This document shows positions 1-7,308 of a stretch of DNA of 35,307 nt, piece by piece. The stretch comes from Gammaproteobacteria bacterium GWE2_42_36 (GTDB lineage: Bacteria > Pseudomonadota > Gammaproteobacteria > UBA12402): contig MGXH01000036.1 of the NCBI GenBank assembly GCA_001801305.1, positions 1 to 35,307 on the forward strand, in the 5' to 3' direction. Position numbers and translations under genes: made by a program. How positions within the stretch are numbered: position 1 is the stretch's first letter; every line of letters begins with the position of its first letter. Under the pieces are notes generated by a model. The model worked only from the letters and a program-made list of their open reading frames with translations. It searched no databases and had not been told where the DNA came from.

Positions 1-1179
1 AATTGCTTCATCGATATCATTGGCACGAATAAAGGGCAACACAGGCATCAATAACTCGAGTCGCGCAAATGGATGATCCGCACGCACTTCGGCAAATGCC
101 AATCGCTTTGAAGGGTCAACGTCCATCCCGATTTGTTTTAAAATCAGCTGCACATCTTTGCCGACCCAATTTTTATTGGCATGATTATTCTCGACAATAA
201 TCGATTCCACTCGCTTGGCTTGCAATGAATTTAATTCAACCGCTGCATGACGCACGAGCGCTTTCTTGAATTCATCGGCCGCTTTTTTTGTGACGATAAT
301 GTTTTTCTCGACGACACAAATAATATTGTTGTCGGTACTCGCACTGGCAATAATATCTTTAGCCGCTTGATCAAAATCAGCAGTTTCATCCACCACAGTC
401 GGCGGATTGCCTGGACCAGCTGCAATCACTTTTTTACCGGAGTTCATCGCCGCTTCAACAACCGCCGGGCCGCCGGTCACCACAAGTAATTTGACCAACG
501 GATGTTTCATCATGATTTGGGCCGATTGAATCGTCGGACGATACACGGTCGTAATCAAATTGGGCGGGCCGCCGGCTGAAATAATCGCTTGGTTGATTAA
601 ATCAACTGTAAACACGGATGTTTTTTTCGCAGAAGGATGCGGATTAAATACAACGGAATTGCCGCCGGCAATCATGCCGATCGTATTACAAATAATCGTT
701 TCAGAAGGATTTGTGCAAGGCGTAATCGCGCCAATCAATCCGTACGGTGCACGTTCTTCAATCGTTAACCCTCGATCACCGGTATACGCGGTTGGTTCTA
801 AATCTTCAACACCCGGCGTTTTATGAATGGCGGTTTCGTTTTTAATGATTTTATCGTCGTATCGACCGAGCCCGGTTTCATCTAATGCTAAACGCGATAA
901 GGTTTTCACCTGAGCTTGGCAATATTCTCGAATACGCGCGATGATTTGTTTGCGCTGCTCGACAGGAATCGATTGATAATCTAAAAACGCTTTTTTTGCT
1001 GCTTGAACTGCTGATTCAATATCGTCGAAACAGCCTTTTTTTAAATCATTTGAATAGGGTTCTGATTTCAATGAAACGATTTTGTCGACAGGTTTTGATT
1101 CGGTTTTTGTCGCGCTCGGCGCTAACTGGCTCACAACTCGATCAACAATCGCATTAATATTTCGCTCATCGATCATCAT
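1..1179 (-). CDS. CoA-acylating aldehyde dehydrogenase, EutE/PduP family, BMC-associated; 3' end runs off the window
   Basis: Not in the ORF track. Manual minus-strand translation from ATG 1179 (AGGA RBS upstream) is open to position 1: MMIDERNINAIVDRVVSQL...ETGLGRYDDKIIKN...KTPGVEDL...APYGLIGAITPCTNPSET...GNSVVFNPHP...VTGGPAVV...AGPGNPP...DNNIICVVEK (catalytic Cys motif)...ELLMPVLPFIR. Directly downstream of two shell genes. Confidence 0.93.
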   Translation of the reverse strand, partial: MMIDERNINAIVDRVVSQLAPSATKTESKPVDKIVSLKSEPYSNDLKKGCFDDIESAVQAAKKAFLDYQSIPVEQRKQIIARIREYCQAQVKTLSRLALDETGLGRYDDKIIKNETAIHKTPGVEDLEPTAYTGDRGLTIEERAPYGLIGAITPCTNPSETIICNTIGMIAGGNSVVFNPHPSAKKTSVFTVDLINQAIISAGGPPNLITTVYRPTIQSAQIMMKHPLVKLLVVTGGPAVVEAAMNSGKKVIAAGPGNPPTVVDETADFDQAAKDIIASASTDNNIICVVEKNIIVTKKAADEFKKALVRHAAVELNSLQAKRVESIIVENNHANKNWVGKDVQLILKQIGMDVDPSKRLAFAEVRADHPFARLELLMPVLPFIRANDIDEAI

Positions 1180-1201
1180 AAAAATTTCCTGTCTCTTCTA
1201 A

Positions 1202-1501
1202 TTAAGCTTCTTGGTTTTTTTTATATTTCGTGATGCCACCCAGCTCTAATTCATCAACAATCGCCATGATGACCGTATCGACAGGTTTATCTTTCGTCAC
1301 ATACGTTTGACGCGCAGAACTTCCTGCAGCAGTCAGTACGACTTCGCCAACACCCGCACCGACAGAATCAATCGCGACAACAATCGAACCCGTTGGCTTG
1401 CCTTCAGCGTCGATTGCTTCGACCAATTGAAAGGTAAGCCCTTCTAGTTTCTCATCTTTACTTGTAGAGACAACTGTTCCAATCACTTTGCCCAGCTGCA
1501 T
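1202..1501 (-). CDS. BMC-P pentameric vertex shell protein (EutN/CcmL family)
   Basis: MQLGKVIGTVVST...VAIDSVGAGVGEVVL..GSSAR...PVDTVIMAIVD matches the EutN/CcmL signature; GGAGA RBS upstream. Confidence 0.95.
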   Translation of the reverse strand: MQLGKVIGTVVSTSKDEKLEGLTFQLVEAIDAEGKPTGSIVVAIDSVGAGVGEVVLTAAGSSARQTYVTKDKPVDTVIMAIVDELELGGITKYKKNQEA

Positions 1502-1626
1502 AGAAGAATCTCCTGTTAAAAAAATGATTCAATTTAGCGCGTGTGGATCACCCTACAAAAACTCTCAAACACACTTGATGATTGAAAATTGTGGCGTGAA
1601 GATTAAGGAAACGAATTGCTTCACAA

Positions 1627-1655
1627 CCGTCATCCCGCGGCTTGACCGCGGGATC
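1627..1655. repeat. CGTC-tagged REP-like palindrome, copy 1
   Basis: ccgtcATCCCGCGG-cttga-CCGCGGGATc, 9-bp perfect stem; near-identical copy at 3165-3192. Confidence 0.75.
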
Positions 1656-1702
1656 TAGGATAACTGATGAACCATCGCGAAACGACGCTGCTCATCAACC
1701 TT

Positions 1703-2002
1703 TTACTTCTTTTTCTTATCCTCTGCCTGACGACCTAACGAAAACACTAAATCAAGGTTATCATGCGGTCTTGGAATGACGTGAACAGAAACCAACTCGC
1801 CGACTTTTTCAGCGGCTCTGGCACCCGCTTCCGTAGCGGCTTTAACGGCGGCAACATCACCGCGTACAATGGCGGTAACCAGCCCTGCGCCCACTTTTTC
1901 ATAACCGATCAAAGTGACTTTAGCGGCTTTAACCATCGCGTCGGACGCTTCGACCATACCGATAAATCCTCGGGTTTCGATCATACCTAATGCATCTGCC
2001 AT
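1703..2002 (-). CDS. BMC-H hexameric shell protein (EutM/PduA/CcmK family)
   Basis: ALGMIETRG...[12 protein letters not shown]...[10 protein letters not shown]...VHVIPRPH canonical BMC domain; GAGGAG RBS upstream. Confidence 0.97.
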   Translation of the reverse strand: MADALGMIETRGFIGMVEASDAMVKAAKVTLIGYEKVGAGLVTAIVRGDVAAVKAATEAGARAAEKVGELVSVHVIPRPHDNLDLVFSLGRQAEDKKKK

Positions 2003-2061
2003 TTTACGTTCTCCTCAGTTGAAATTAAGGTTTAATTGTAGAATCTAAAATTCGTCTGAGG

Positions 2062-2090
2062 ATGATATGCGTCGAGATCCTAAAAATCAA
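2062..2090 (-). promoter_or_regulatory. Putative sigma70 promoter of the BMC operon
   Basis: Minus strand TTGATT (2090-2085), 17-nt spacer, TATCAT (2067-2062), about 60 nt upstream of the BMC-H start. Confidence 0.5.
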
Positions 2091-2204
2091 GGACAAGGAG
2101 AGATGAAAAATTGAATTCTGAACGCAAAGCCAAAAATTGGCTAAATCGAGACTGTTTTAGCGCTTGCGTTTCTGGCAATGGCGGCTATGTAACGACGCCT
2201 TTCC

Positions 2205-3023
2205 TCAATCTTGTATAAAAAACCAGTGTGCCTGCGGATGAGATACTACAATCGCCGAAGTCGAACTTTCTGGCACTAACTCATCCGCTTCACTCAATGT
2301 CACGCCAATACGATCGGCTTTTAAAAGCATTAATATTTTTTCTTGATCGTGCAATTCCGGACAGGCAGAATAACCGAGCGAAAAACGAGCACCTCGATAG
2401 CGGTGCTGAAAAACCGCGTCCATTTGAGCGGGCTCTTCTGCAGAAAATCCCAACTCAATACGAATACGTCGATGGACATACTCCGAAAGCGCAGCCGTAA
2501 AAGCAGCACTTAACCCGTACCAATAAAAATAGGCCTGATAATATGCTCGCTCGAATAATGTTTTTGCATAATCGGAAATACCTTGCCCGCTCGTGACCAG
2601 TTGAAGGGCAACAACATCTCTGTCCCCGCTTTGCGTTGATCGAAAATAATCCGTCAAACATAAACGATTCCCTTTTGATTGCCGAGGAAAATTAAAACGA
2701 CATAAAATTTCGCGGCTAACATGATCGGCATAAATAATTAAATCATCGGCTTCAGATTGACAGCTAAAATAACCATACACTGCTTTCGGCACTAAAATTT
2801 TCTTATCCTGATCTTCTTGAATCAATTGATCTAACACGGTTTGCGCATAGGCATCAAATTGGCTAAATCCCCAGTGTGCTTTGGCTAAATGCGGTAAATT
2901 CAAGTAAGGGATAATATGTTCTGTTTTTAATCCATCGAGACAACAAGCACCAAAAAAAGGCGGACAAGGGACAGGCTGTTGTTTCAGCGCATCATGAGGC
3001 ATCATGCCGTCAGCTCCATTCAT
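2205..3023 (-). CDS. Stand-alone cobalamin-dependent methionine synthase (MetH) C-terminal AdoMet reactivation domain
   Basis: PVPCPPFFG, PKAVYGYF, FNFPRQ...LCLTDYF, YRGARFSLGYSACP, IGVTLSE..ELVPESSTSAIV..HPQA match the MetH activation domain. No Hcy-, folate- or cobalamin-binding domains upstream. Confidence 0.85.
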   Translation of the reverse strand: MNGADGMMPHDALKQQPVPCPPFFGACCLDGLKTEHIIPYLNLPHLAKAHWGFSQFDAYAQTVLDQLIQEDQDKKILVPKAVYGYFSCQSEADDLIIYADHVSREILCRFNFPRQSKGNRLCLTDYFRSTQSGDRDVVALQLVTSGQGISDYAKTLFERAYYQAYFYWYGLSAAFTAALSEYVHRRIRIELGFSAEEPAQMDAVFQHRYRGARFSLGYSACPELHDQEKILMLLKADRIGVTLSEADELVPESSTSAIVVSHPQAHWFFIQD

Positions 3024-3074
3024 TTTTCAAAAAAAATCAATCTCTCAAAAAAACGTTCCTGCTTTTTACTCATA

Positions 3075-3159
3075 CCATTCCCGCGAAAGCGGGAATCCAG
3101 AAGCCGCATCATCCATAATCATCTTTCTAGATAATTTCGTAGCCCATAAACTGGATTCC
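3075..3159. repeat. dRS3-like/REP-like palindrome with a partial inverted partner
   Basis: ATTCCC-GCGAAAGC-GGGAAT (3077-3096) fits ATTCCC-N8-GGGAAT; GGAATCCAG (3092-3100) is complementary to CTGGATTCC (3151-3159). Confidence 0.65.
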
Positions 3160-3164
3160 GCAGT

Positions 3165-3192
3165 CCGTCATCCCACGGCTTGACCGTGGGGT
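3165..3192. repeat. CGTC-tagged REP-like palindrome, copy 2; may also act as terminator for the bepA-SLT unit
   Basis: ccgtcATCCCACGG-cttga-CCGTGGGGT; same loop as the 1627 copy, with a compensatory G-C to A-T stem change. Confidence 0.7.
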
Positions 3193-3226
3193 GATGTCGC
3201 GTAGCAACTCGTTTCGTCGATCCTTT

Positions 3227-3850
3227 TTAGAACCGCCACCACGGCTTTTGTGGCAAATCTTTCTCACAAGATAACAATTGTGTTTGATAGTCCCAAGCGC
3301 GACATTGCACTTGTTTCGCCAATGAAACCAACCAGGGCTTTTTCCGATAGCTCCCATTAATATACCCTGTAATTCCTTCATGGTAAGCCAAATAAATAGC
3401 ATAAGCTGAACTGTTACTGATCGGGATACCCGTGCGTAAAGCAATTTGATGAGAATACCAACCGATAAAATCCGCTGCGTCTGAAAATTCATCTCGATAC
3501 GCATTATGATGCCCGGTATCCGCCTGATAATTGCGCCATGTTTGATTGAGCGCTTGCGAATAGCCGTAGGCGGTCGATGGGCGTTGCCATGGCACAATAA
3601 ACAATAGCCTATCTCTCGGCGGTTTCGCTGCCGCGGTGAAGCGCGATTCAGAATACATCACCGACATAAGCACGCTGATCGGGATATGCCATCGATCTCG
3701 AACGTCTTTAGCAGCCCAATACCACTGTGGATATTCATTAAAGATGGTACAAATATTCTCCTGATGAGTCGGTGGGGATGGAGAACAAGCAGCTAATATG
3801 GCTAAAAAACTGGCCAATACAATAAACGACAAAAAACGGCTAAGACGCAT
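3227..3850 (-). CDS. Lipoprotein with lysozyme-like/SLT transglycosylase domain
   Basis: Signal peptide with lipobox LAAC; MYSESRF (catalytic Glu of the ES motif), STAYGYSQA and YLAYHEG motifs typical of SLT-like proteins; start overlaps the bepA stop. Confidence 0.8.
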   Translation of the reverse strand: MRLSRFLSFIVLASFLAILAACSPSPPTHQENICTIFNEYPQWYWAAKDVRDRWHIPISVLMSVMYSESRFTAAAKPPRDRLLFIVPWQRPSTAYGYSQALNQTWRNYQADTGHHNAYRDEFSDAADFIGWYSHQIALRTGIPISNSSAYAIYLAYHEGITGYINGSYRKKPWLVSLAKQVQCRAWDYQTQLLSCEKDLPQKPWWRF

Positions 3851-5279
3851 TCATTTGATCCTTAATTTGTTGGATTTTTTCATTGATTTTACGTTTTTGG
3901 TACAAATCATTTTGCGCTGATTCTAAAGCCAATTGGAGTTGTTGTATAGCGCCTTTTAGGTCGCCGTATAAAAGATAGAGTTGCGCACGCGTTTGATAAG
4001 CATCCAGCAAATCATGGGCCCGTCCCTGCACCTGAAATAATAAATCGAGATAAACATCATCTTCCTGGTATCGATCTTGGTAAGGTTCCAAAACTTTTCG
4101 GGCTTGCACATACGCTTGTGTATGAAATAAAAATGTCGCGTAACTCATCATGAACGGATAATAACTCGCATGACCTGATGCTAACGCTTTATAAATAACC
4201 ATAGCCGCATCGCGATTGTTCATCTGGGCATCGATTTCAGCCTCAGTAATTTGAAAAATCAAAATCGACGGATTTTGCGCGACTAATTTTTGAATAATCG
4301 GTAAAGCATCCTTGAATCGATGCGCTTTAGACAAAGCCAGCGCGTAACCATATTGCAAAATAAAATTATTCGCATTGCCCTGTTTTTTCAATAAAATGTC
4401 ATATCGCCGCACGGCGCTCAGGGGATCGAGATTCAACTCATCCGCTAAACGCACACGCATCAGTAAATAATCAACACTATTCAGAACGCGCGCTTTTAAA
4501 GGAAACTGCTCACAACGATTGGAAGCATCGGCCAATCGTTCTTCAGTCACGGGATGTGAACGCAATAAATCTGGCACATGATCGCCGTTTAAAGAAGATT
4601 GCTTGGCTAATCGACCAAAAAAAGTCGGCATACTGCAAGGATCAAATCCCGCGTTCGCTAATGTCTGAATCCCAATATGATCCGCTTCTCGTTCAAAATC
4701 ACGTGAATAACTCAAACTTTTTTCCGCGCCACCCGCTGTTGCCGCCGTTAAAACCCCCATACCGGCATTCGGATTTTTTACGCCTGCGGCAATGCCCGCC
4801 AGCATGCCGGCGATTGTGGATAATGTCAGCCATTTTTGCTCCTCAAATCCACGTGCAATATGACGCTGAATAACGTGCGAGGTTTCATGGGCTATTACCG
4901 CCGCCAGCTCGCTTTCCGTTTGTGCCGTAAAAATCAACCCACTATTCACGCCGACATAACCCGCGGGTCCCGCAAAAGCATTGATGCTCGAGTCCCGAAC
5001 GATAAAGAAATAAAAATGTTGCTTTGGCTTGGGACTACTAGCCACCAAATGGGCGCCTAATGTTTGAATATAATTTACGACGAATGGATCCGACACTAAA
5101 GGTAACTGGTTGCGAATCGCTTGCATGAATTTTTCGCCCAAATTCTTTTCATCCTGTAGAGATAAAGATCGCTCAGACGGATCACCTAAATTAGGTAGAT
5201 TATAAGCGAAAACACTTAGCGCCATGCTAGACAACAGTAACCACAACAAGCATTGGATAAATTTTTTCATTTTCATCAT
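3840..5279 (-). CDS. bepA: Periplasmic M48 metalloprotease/chaperone with TPR C-terminus (BepA/YfgC)
   Basis: Signal peptide, LPNLGD, INAFAGPAG, ESELAAVIAHETSH (HExxH), YSRDFEREAD, LRSHP, helical TPR-like C-terminus. Confidence 0.9.
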   Translation of the reverse strand: MMKMKKFIQCLLWLLLSSMALSVFAYNLPNLGDPSERSLSLQDEKNLGEKFMQAIRNQLPLVSDPFVVNYIQTLGAHLVASSPKPKQHFYFFIVRDSSINAFAGPAGYVGVNSGLIFTAQTESELAAVIAHETSHVIQRHIARGFEEQKWLTLSTIAGMLAGIAAGVKNPNAGMGVLTAATAGGAEKSLSYSRDFEREADHIGIQTLANAGFDPCSMPTFFGRLAKQSSLNGDHVPDLLRSHPVTEERLADASNRCEQFPLKARVLNSVDYLLMRVRLADELNLDPLSAVRRYDILLKKQGNANNFILQYGYALALSKAHRFKDALPIIQKLVAQNPSILIFQITEAEIDAQMNNRDAAMVIYKALASGHASYYPFMMSYATFLFHTQAYVQARKVLEPYQDRYQEDDVYLDLLFQVQGRAHDLLDAYQTRAQLYLLYGDLKGAIQQLQLALESAQNDLYQKRKINEKIQQIKDQMNAS

Positions 5280-6160
5280 GACAATAACTCACCCGACATC
5301 GTTTGTATCTTCTCCAAGATAGTGAGAAAAAAAGCTTTTGTCCATAAAGTCATCGAAGCGCTATTTTTTATAAAAGGGAATACATCTTTTTTTGCCTGTT
5401 CGAAATCAGTTGATTGAATTTTTTCGCGCAATAACTCAACCAACGCCGATCGATCGAATGTCTTTTTTTCCTCCCATGCGTGACTTTGAACGAGCCGCGC
5501 TTTTAAATGTGTTAAATTAACCGGCGTTTGCCTGGACAAATACCAAATAAAATCATACCAATCTCTTCCTTTAACACGAACCATCCATGGCCGACACAGT
5601 AACGCATGAATTTTCCCAGCAAATAAAGAAGGCTCCGTAAAACTTTTCACCGAAAAAGGAATGGGTGAAAGCAAAAATTTAGTTTCCGTATTAAACGAAC
5701 CCGGCGGATCAGTGTCTACTTCCATTTTAATTTTAATTGTTTGCATGTGATGCACCCCTTTCAGCATATCGGGTGGGGTATCGATCATAAGAAGTTGTTT
5801 TTTCGATTCTGCTTTGATGAATGCGGATTCAATTGAAGAAGCTTGTGGCTTTATTTTCGTTTGAACAGTGGCCTCAAAACCAAAACTGGCGAGTTCCTTG
5901 GCGATTGCCTTATTATAACCATCTAAACTAAAATGCTTGTTTTTTTGCAGAAGAGAAAAATCGAGGTCTTCAGAAAAACGATCCAACCCATATAAAATTC
6001 TGAGCGCAGAACCGCCATAAAACGCCGCTTTTTCAAAAAATTTTGCACGCCACAATCCCAGCAGCGCGATCTCTTGGAAAATCTCTTTGAGCGAATTGAG
6101 ATAATCTTGCTGAGATCGGCAAATATATTTTTTTAAAATTTGTTTAATAACATCATGCAT
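5276..6160 (-). CDS. AbiEii/AbiGii-family nucleotidyltransferase toxin (type IV TA)
   Basis: FYGGSALRILYGLDRFSEDLDF (GGxA...RxSxDLDF NTase motif), AGKIHALL, KGRDWYD. Confidence 0.9.
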   Translation of the reverse strand: MHDVIKQILKKYICRSQQDYLNSLKEIFQEIALLGLWRAKFFEKAAFYGGSALRILYGLDRFSEDLDFSLLQKNKHFSLDGYNKAIAKELASFGFEATVQTKIKPQASSIESAFIKAESKKQLLMIDTPPDMLKGVHHMQTIKIKMEVDTDPPGSFNTETKFLLSPIPFSVKSFTEPSLFAGKIHALLCRPWMVRVKGRDWYDFIWYLSRQTPVNLTHLKARLVQSHAWEEKKTFDRSALVELLREKIQSTDFEQAKKDVFPFIKNSASMTLWTKAFFLTILEKIQTMSGELLS

Positions 6161-6164
6161 GACC

Positions 6165-6812
6165 TCATTTCCTTTTTTTTAAATAATGCATGAGCAAACG
6201 AATTCGCGCATCTTGATAAACATGATTTATTTCTTGGAGATATTTTAATTTAAATTTCAATAATAAATTTTCGTCGATACGCAAATGATGAAATAAATAC
6301 TTTTCCATATCATCGCCATGCTGCAACGCCACTCTCTTATCAATAAAATAAAGCTGATCACAAAGTGCTTTTTCAGGCGTCGAAATTAAAAAAGGCTGAT
6401 CCGGAAGCAACGTGGCTTGCACAATACCTACCGTATATTGGCGCGCTGGCAAATAATAGTAAATAAAATCGCCCACGGCGGTGTTAAAAAATTTATATCG
6501 ATTACTGGTGATGCTAGTCACACTTTCTACACGTTCTGGAATGAGGCCATAGAAACCCAATGCATACGTTAATGAAATCGCCGAGGGGCCATAAATAAGA
6601 TTAGCCAACACTTCTTTTGAATAAGGATGTAAAGCGGCTGATTCTCCAAAAACGTATAATCCTTTTTTGACACGAATGAGCTCGCCTGATTTTAACCAAG
6701 CAGAAATTTTTTCTCGAGGACAAGCATAGCGACTGAGCGCAGACATCATAAAGGAATAATCCACCTCTTCTCGGCCTGCTCGTTTTCTCAATGTTTCGAT
6801 TTTCATCAGCAT
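6165..6812 (-). CDS. AbiEi-type antitoxin/transcriptional regulator
   Basis: N-terminal wHTH with LIRVKKGLY, PSAISLTYALGFYGLIPE, TPEKALCD; 4 bp upstream of the AbiEii gene. Confidence 0.85.
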   Translation of the reverse strand: MLMKIETLRKRAGREEVDYSFMMSALSRYACPREKISAWLKSGELIRVKKGLYVFGESAALHPYSKEVLANLIYGPSAISLTYALGFYGLIPERVESVTSITSNRYKFFNTAVGDFIYYYLPARQYTVGIVQATLLPDQPFLISTPEKALCDQLYFIDKRVALQHGDDMEKYLFHHLRIDENLLLKFKLKYLQEINHVYQDARIRLLMHYLKKRK

Positions 6813-6861
6813 TCAACTTCCACTCAGCGTTTAACCTGGAAACGCGGTTCGTTTGAAAAAT

Positions 6862-6892
6862 CCAATATGTCAGGTATTTTCCGACATACTGG
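6862..6892. promoter_or_regulatory. Imperfect palindrome, candidate operator for TA autoregulation
   Basis: CCAATATGTCAGG-tattt-TCCGACATACTGG, 10 of 13 positions symmetric, 50 bp upstream of the antitoxin start. Confidence 0.45.
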
Positions 6893-6950
6893 TAAAACAA
6901 GCAAGAGAAATAAAACGCCTGATATTGAAAAACAGATTTTGAAAAATTAC

Positions 6951-6979
6951 TTGACTCAACAAAGCTCAATCGGTTTAAT
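6951..6979 (+). promoter_or_regulatory. Sigma70 promoter for tRNA-Phe
   Basis: TTGACT (6951-6956), 17 nt, TTTAAT (6974-6979), followed by GC-rich discriminator AGGCGCTC and preceded by an A-rich UP-like tract. Confidence 0.7.
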
Positions 6980-7002
6980 AGGCGCTCTTGCAATCAACCG
7001 AT

Positions 7003-7078
7003 GGCCAGATAGCTCAGTCGGTAGAGCAGAGGCCTGAAAAGCCTTGTGTCGGCAGTTCAATTCTGCCTCTGGCCACCA
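7003..7078 (+). tRNA. tRNA-Phe(GAA)
   Basis: 76-nt cloverleaf: acceptor GGCCAGA/TCTGGCC, D-arm GCTC/GAGC, anticodon stem GAGGC/GCCTT with loop CTGAAAA (GAA at 7036-7038), T-loop GTTCAATTC, encoded CCA. Confidence 0.98.
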
Positions 7079-7087
7079 TGTTTTTTA

Positions 7088-7154
7088 GTAATTATTCATC
7101 GTGATGATATAAGAACGTCCAGACGTTTGGATGGTTTTTGGCGAAAAATCAATG
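7088..7154 (+). mobile_element. Partial copy of the GTAAC-ended MITE-like element
   Basis: gtaattattca..tgatgatataagaacgtccagacgtttggatggtttttggcgaaaaatcaatg aligns closely with 32480-32551; right end not recognisable. Confidence 0.65.
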
Positions 7155-7308
7155 GGTCGCTATTTTACCTGCGTTTCCACCGCTTGGTGATTTTAAAAAA
7201 CAGAATCGCAAGAAACCATAACAACTTTCCTGTAAATTAAAATTCCGCATGAAAACCTTGCTAAAATACGCTAACATTCATCGACATATCAAAATTTAGA
7301 GATTCATT

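Noticed and set aside
231-826. Short ORFs 231-425, 247-489 and 560-826 in the track
   Set aside because: They are off-frame or antisense shadows of the aldehyde dehydrogenase reading frame 1179 to 1.
3127-3597. 156-aa minus-strand ORF overlapping the SLT lipoprotein
   Set aside because: Alternate frame of a gene with clear motifs; its tail merely reads through palindromic repeats.
7029-7045. tRNA-Phe anticodon stem with a G-U pair at 27-43 and C-G at 31-39
   Set aside because: The stem still pairs fully and the rest of the cloverleaf is canonical; within normal tRNA variation.
6601-7240. ORFs 6601-6993 and 7046-7240
   Set aside because: They overlap the antitoxin, the tRNA promoter, the tRNA and a MITE fragment, and have no recognisable motifs.
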